DNA of 63,791 bases, filler included, from Aduncisulcus paluster (taxonomy: Eukaryota), in NCBI GenBank assembly GCA_024181965.1. It is 4 parts of 4 records of this genome, joined end to end, with 100 filler letters (N's around TTAATTAATTAA, not from the genome) between each part and the next. Parts side by side here need not be neighbours in the genome. Positions count along the whole stretch, not along the records: positions 43,711 to 61,155 come from BQXS01012427.1; positions 61,256 to 63,791 come from BQXS01012434.1; 2 more parts are not named here. One strand, given 5' to 3'. Positions 59,377 to 63,791 of the stretch are shown here, piece by piece; the stretch's first letter is position 1; each line of letters opens with the position of its first letter. The notes under the pieces were generated by a model that was not told where the DNA came from, ran no database searches, and saw only the letters and a program-made list of their open reading frames with translations. Both the position numbers and the translations under genes were made by a program.

Positions 59377-60792
59377 ATGGATAAAATATTTGCTAGGTTT
59401 GTTTCTGCTTCTTCTCTGGAAGCTCACATAGGACCTTTACCAGATGAAGTTATGGCTCTAGATCCTTCCATGGATCGAGAGTCACTTTCATCGCTTATTA
59501 ATCAATTATGTGATCTTCCAAAGAGGAAGGAATTTGATTTTATTATAAATGGCAATAACTTTTTATTGTCAGATTTAAAATCTACTATTTCGTCCTCCTC
59601 CTTAACTGAAGAAGATGAAATAGAAATTGAAGTAACCCTTGCGCTTCCAGAGCCCAAGCCTCAACTTTCAGCCCCCCATGACGATTGGGTTAGTGCAATT
59701 AAAGTATATTCTCATGATAAAATAGTGACAGGATCATATGATGGAACAATCCACCTCTGGAAGTATTGTGATGGAAAAGAAGAAGATGTAGAACCGGCAT
59801 ATTTTTCTGATTTATCTGCATATGCAGCCCATACTGATCCAATTAAAGATATTGATGTCTTATCGTTTGAAACTGGCGAAAAATATGTTGTTACTGTTGG
59901 TTTAGATTCAAGGGTTTCTCTCTGTCGTATCGAAGAAACAGATGAGTCTGCATCCATTTCATATGTGACCGATCTTGGCGAGCACGATGATAGCATCCTT
60001 ACTACAACCTCAATGATATACGGTGATAATGGAATCGTCTGTGTTGGAGGAAATGAAGGAATAATTTCTGTATTTAATCTGTCAAATACTGGACTCTCTG
60101 GTTCAACCGATTTATCCTCTGCGAAGCGTCGCAAGAAGAGGAGATCAACAGCTTCCTCTCTCATCCCACCTCAAAAGGCCTCCCTAAAGCTTAAAGGTCA
60201 TTCCCACGCTGTTATCTCATCCATTCTCACTGCGAGTAACCTTTATACCGGTTCAGACGACCATTCTATTCGGACATGGGATATTAAAACGGGAGAGTGC
60301 ACTGGAGTCACTGTGTCTCCTTCTGTCGTGACCGATCTCGATGTTCGCTCTCCATTCCAGTCCCCTGTGCCCACATCTCCTTATCTCCTGGCTTCTGCTC
60401 ACTCCGACCGTCGTGTTCGTGTGTGGGATATGCGTGCTTCCGTGAGGAAACGTTTGACTGCCACTCTGGTTGGTCATAAGGGAATGGTTCAAAATGTATC
60501 ATTTCCACACCATGAACTCTCTTCCACGTTACCCTCTTCTCTCTCGAGAGCACTTCTTTCTCACGTTTTGCTCTCTGTGTCCTTCGATGGTAAGACCAAT
60601 GTATGGGATCTTCGTTCACCATATGTTCCTCTTTACTCTATTGATACTCGAACCGACGGACTCGTTGCTTCTTCTAAGCCCAAATCAGGCGAAGATGAAG
60701 CCAGATGTCTTTGTTGCGCGTGGCCCATGTTCGACAGAATGTTTGTTGGCTGTACCGATTGCTCTTTACGGTGTTACACCCTTGATATATAA
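59377..60792 (+). CDS. WDR12: Ribosome biogenesis protein WDR12/Ytm1 (NLE + WD40)
   Basis: N-terminal ubiquitin-like NLE domain (LSSLINQL..FDFIING..L), HDDWVSAI, TGSYDG and multiple WD repeats. Confidence 0.88.
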   Translation: MDKIFARFVSASSLEAHIGPLPDEVMALDPSMDRESLSSLINQLCDLPKRKEFDFIINGNNFLLSDLKSTISSSSLTEEDEIEIEVTLALPEPKPQLSAPHDDWVSAIKVYSHDKIVTGSYDGTIHLWKYCDGKEEDVEPAYFSDLSAYAAHTDPIKDIDVLSFETGEKYVVTVGLDSRVSLCRIEETDESASISYVTDLGEHDDSILTTTSMIYGDNGIVCVGGNEGIISVFNLSNTGLSGSTDLSSAKRRKKRRSTASSLIPPQKASLKLKGHSHAVISSILTASNLYTGSDDHSIRTWDIKTGECTGVTVSPSVVTDLDVRSPFQSPVPTSPYLLASAHSDRRVRVWDMRASVRKRLTATLVGHKGMVQNVSFPHHELSSTLPSSLSRALLSHVLLSVSFDGKTNVWDLRSPYVPLYSIDTRTDGLVASSKPKSGEDEARCLCCAWPMFDRMFVGCTDCSLRCYTLDI

Positions 60793-60994
60793 TAGAATCT
60801 AGATTATCTTGAAGAAATGATTTCTTCCATTGCACCATAAAAAAGATAATAAATAAAAAAAATAAATTTTGATTTATACAAATTTTACATTATTCTCTAA
60901 GAAATATTTGTTAAATTTACATTTTTGCTTGCTATCAGAATTTTTGTGTTTTTTTGCTAGTTTTCGAATAATTACTTAAAATTTTAGACTTATA

Positions 60995-61155
60995 ATGCCA
61001 GCAAAGAAAAATTCAATACAATATGCATCCTCTCTTTCATCTCATCAAGTATCTGAAGGTCCAATGCCTGCGCTAGATATCTCTTCAACTCCACAATTCC
61101 AAAAAGCATATGCTGCCGCATTAAAATCGGTTCAAGCTGATCCAAAATGTTCACC
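60995..61155 (+). CDS. 5' fragment of hypothetical protein truncated at scaffold end
   Basis: ATG ORF runs into the linker. Confidence 0.4.
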
Positions 61156-61255
61156 NNNNNNNNNNNNNNNNNNNNNNNNNNNNNNNNNNNNNNNNNNNNT
61201 TAATTAATTAANNNNNNNNNNNNNNNNNNNNNNNNNNNNNNNNNNNNNNNNNNNN
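61156..61255. other. Artificial scaffold linker
   Basis: N-TTAATTAATTAA-N, 100 nt. Confidence 0.95.
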
Positions 61256-61704
61256 CTAAGAATGAAATAAAACCCAAGCCTGCCGCAGGTGCCGAAATTT
61301 TTTGTATAATGTACCTTTCTATATACAAAAATATAGATGATTTCACTATATACCAAAATCTTCAATCAACAAGATATATTTTCCTTAAGTAACATAATTT
61401 TTAAACATCAAACTAAGACAGACATCACATATAAAGACTCAAAAGGATGAGGAAGGGCAGGGAAATGTATAAATCACTCAGATATGAGCGAAATCTGAAT
61501 ATGCAGATATATAAAACAATATATCGGAATGAATTCGATTAATAATGAAAAGATAAACATAAGAAGGCTATAATATAAAAGGAAAAAGCTGAAATAATTA
61601 ACAAACCAACGTGAACGGAACAAAAACACAGATAAATTTGCAAAACATTTATAATCGATCTAATACGAGCCGTATAACACGAAATTAATCGTACATGGTC
61701 GCGA

Positions 61705-62300
61705 ATTCTAGTCCTTTTTTAGTCTTGGAGTAAAATCTGACTAAATCTTAGTCTCTTAAATCGGACTAAAAAACTAGACCAAGACTAAATCTAGTCCAAT
61801 TTTAGTACTTATTGGTGTATTTTCGTACTAATATTAGTCCATTTTAATCTTTGACTAAAAGGGAATTAAATTTAGTTCTAATGCTAGAACTAAAATTTAG
61901 TAAATTTTTAGTTCAAACTAAAATTAGTGATTTTGAGAGGATAAAAAAAATATTTATTTTTCCACATATTATTTTTCAAAATAATATTTTTGTAATTCAC
62001 CATAGCTCAGTGGTAGGTGGTTGCCTCTTATAAACATAAAGCCCAGGTTCAAGTCTCGCCATCGGCCAATTTCGAGATAAGAACCTACGGCTAGCCGTGC
62101 AACTTTCTCATTAAAATTTCCAATTTAAGGCTGGCCATTTGTAATTAATTTAATATCTAAAAATAGTTTTTTTTTTCATTGTTTTTTGGACTAAATGAGG
62201 ACTAAATCTAATATGAAAATGTTTAGTCCGATTTTTAGGACTAATTTTTTAGTAAAATATTTCAGACTAACCTAAACAGGACTAAGTGTTTAGTCCGAAT
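61705..62300. repeat. Array of GACTAA/TTAGTC-type motifs in both orientations (DNA-transposon subterminal-like)
   Basis: Many ACTAA/TTAGT(C) copies at 61705-61930 and 62185-62300. Confidence 0.6.
61996..62068 (+). pseudogene. Degenerate tRNA-like sequence (pseudo-tRNA or SINE head)
   Basis: Box A TAGCTCAGTGGTAG (62003-62016) and box B GGTTCAAGTC (62046-62055) at tRNA spacing. Acceptor and anticodon stems do not pair well. Confidence 0.55.
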
Positions 62301-62571
62301 TATTTTATTAAAAAAAATGGTATATTAGTAATATAAATAATATAACTTAAATCTATTATAAAAGTGTTAATTTCATTCTAAATACACAAGATAAATTATC
62401 TAATGGTATAATAAGAGATAAGACGGATTAAATTATTATATCTAGAATAACTTAATATAACAGTGTTATTTACCCCTTAAAGTGGTGGAAACCTATAACA
62501 CAGAAGAGTGCAGGAGGGAATCGAGAAGACCCAAAATGACATAGAATAATTCTATGAAAATTCCTTGTGTC

Positions 62572-62644
62572 ACCTATATAGTTCAATCGGTATGTACTTG
62601 TACGAAGTAATACCTCGGTCTTGGGTTCAAATCCCATTACCTCT
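62572..62644 (+). pseudogene. Degenerate tRNA-like sequence (pseudo-tRNA or SINE head)
   Basis: Box A TAGTTCAATCGGTA (62579-62592) and a paired T-arm TGGG-TTCAAAT-CCCA (62622-62636); no acceptor stem. Confidence 0.55.
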
Positions 62645-63357
62645 TTATTTAATACATCTTGTTATGAGCAAGCTCATAGGAGGAGAGAATGGCAGTGTAA
62701 ACGAACTCTCTCAAGGGGTGTTCTATTTATAGATCCGATTCGTTTCGTTTATTCCAATAAATTGTAGATCGCTTACAGGGATTACCACTTGCTTCTGGTA
62801 TTACCATTGAAATACCAGTCCTCTGGTAAAACTCAGGTATTACCAATGGTAAAACCAAAACTTTACCTGACACACAGCTCATTATGGTGTATTCCCCTAA
62901 GTAAAAGACTCTATTGGTAATGTGTTAACACTATTGTTATCTTATAAATAAATGCTTTCATTATTTTTTATTTCTATTAAAAATGAATAAATATTAATTA
63001 CATATTAAAGTCATATCTTGATGTTTTTTTAATATCTGCTGATTTTCAAAATTATATGCAGAATAAATAAAAATATTTTTCAAAATTATTATTTTAAATA
63101 ACATTTACTCCATTAATATACTGAAAATATGGAATCACCAGTATATCCCGATGCGCACATTTTTCAAGCCATATTTTGTCAACATCATGACCATAAAAGC
63201 AGTCTCCCTTGGGCATGTTATATCCCTATGATATTATAATGGTATTACCGTTTATTATGTTTCTCACCTTGTTCTATTTATAGATTCTAGCACTATCTTT
63301 TATTTCAATAAATTGCATCACGGTTAACACATTTTTGATCAAAAATCAGTAACTCTG

Positions 63358-63791
63358 ATGATTCATGATACGAGTATTAAAAGTCCTTGGTTGGCTAAGT
63401 ATGGTTCTTTCTATTTCTATCACTTTCAGCAGAAATTGGAATCCTACCGAGCCCTTGGTGGAGAAGCCCCATTATGTGCTTTAATTCAACCAGACGTCAG
63501 AATGATGTTAGAAAGTGTCGGTGGGGTTAAGTTGATAACTTCAGAAGAAGCCAGCGACGCGGCCGAATTGAAAGAGAATGAACGTGAGTTCTTACTGAGT
63601 CTCGAGTCTCATTTCGGGAGAAAGTCTGCCCTAGACACTCTTTACGCCTTCAGCAACATTAAACTCTTTACCGTTGCTTCAGGGACAGTCGCCGTGTACA
63701 TTCGCAAATATCACGAGGCTATGCGACTCATGGCCAGTGATGAAACGCTTTCCGATGAGTTGTTGTACAAACAATTTATAAAAGGGATCAA
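63358..63791 (+). mobile_element. Retrotransposon Gag-like ORF (runs off window end; missing from ORF track)
   Basis: Open frame MIHDTSIKSPWLAKYG...FLLSLESHFG..TVAVYIRKYHEAM..LSDELLYKQFIKGI. It shows the V..YI..F and FIKG[LI] pattern of Ty3/gypsy-type capsid C-terminal domains and a GC rise relative to the flank. Confidence 0.6.

Overview
This is eukaryotic, AT-rich, gene-dense, intron-poor DNA using the standard genetic code. Gene content (BBS5, RER1, WDR12/Ytm1, DHHC, alpha2-delta-like and prominin-like proteins, plus bacterial-type redox and salvage enzymes) fits an anaerobic flagellated protist, probably a free-living fornicate/metamonad resembling Aduncisulcus (inference). The window is four scaffolds joined by artificial 100-nt N-TTAATTAATTAA-N linkers (22918-23017, 43611-43710, 61156-61255). 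It also has five 20-N gaps, four of them flanked by duplicated overlap sequence (assembly artefacts). Three loci stand out. (1) 1080-6464(-) is a frameshift-fragmented gene that reassembles into tandem OTU-like deubiquitinase domains, two repeated beta-rich domains and a ComEC/Rec2-type metallo-beta-lactamase nuclease. (2) 35869-40005(+) is a fragmented gene of about 1,380 codons with three HEPN-type RNxxxH motifs (DUF86/HepT-like) separated by helical repeats. (3) 46425-49656(-) is a signal-peptide-bearing Osm1/flavocytochrome-c fumarate reductase fused to a D-lactate-dehydrogenase/GlcD-type FAD oxidoreductase. The last scaffold is repeat-derived: two tRNA-like Pol III cassettes, short-motif arrays and a Gag-like ORF. 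All family calls come from motif recognition by eye; no database searches were run.
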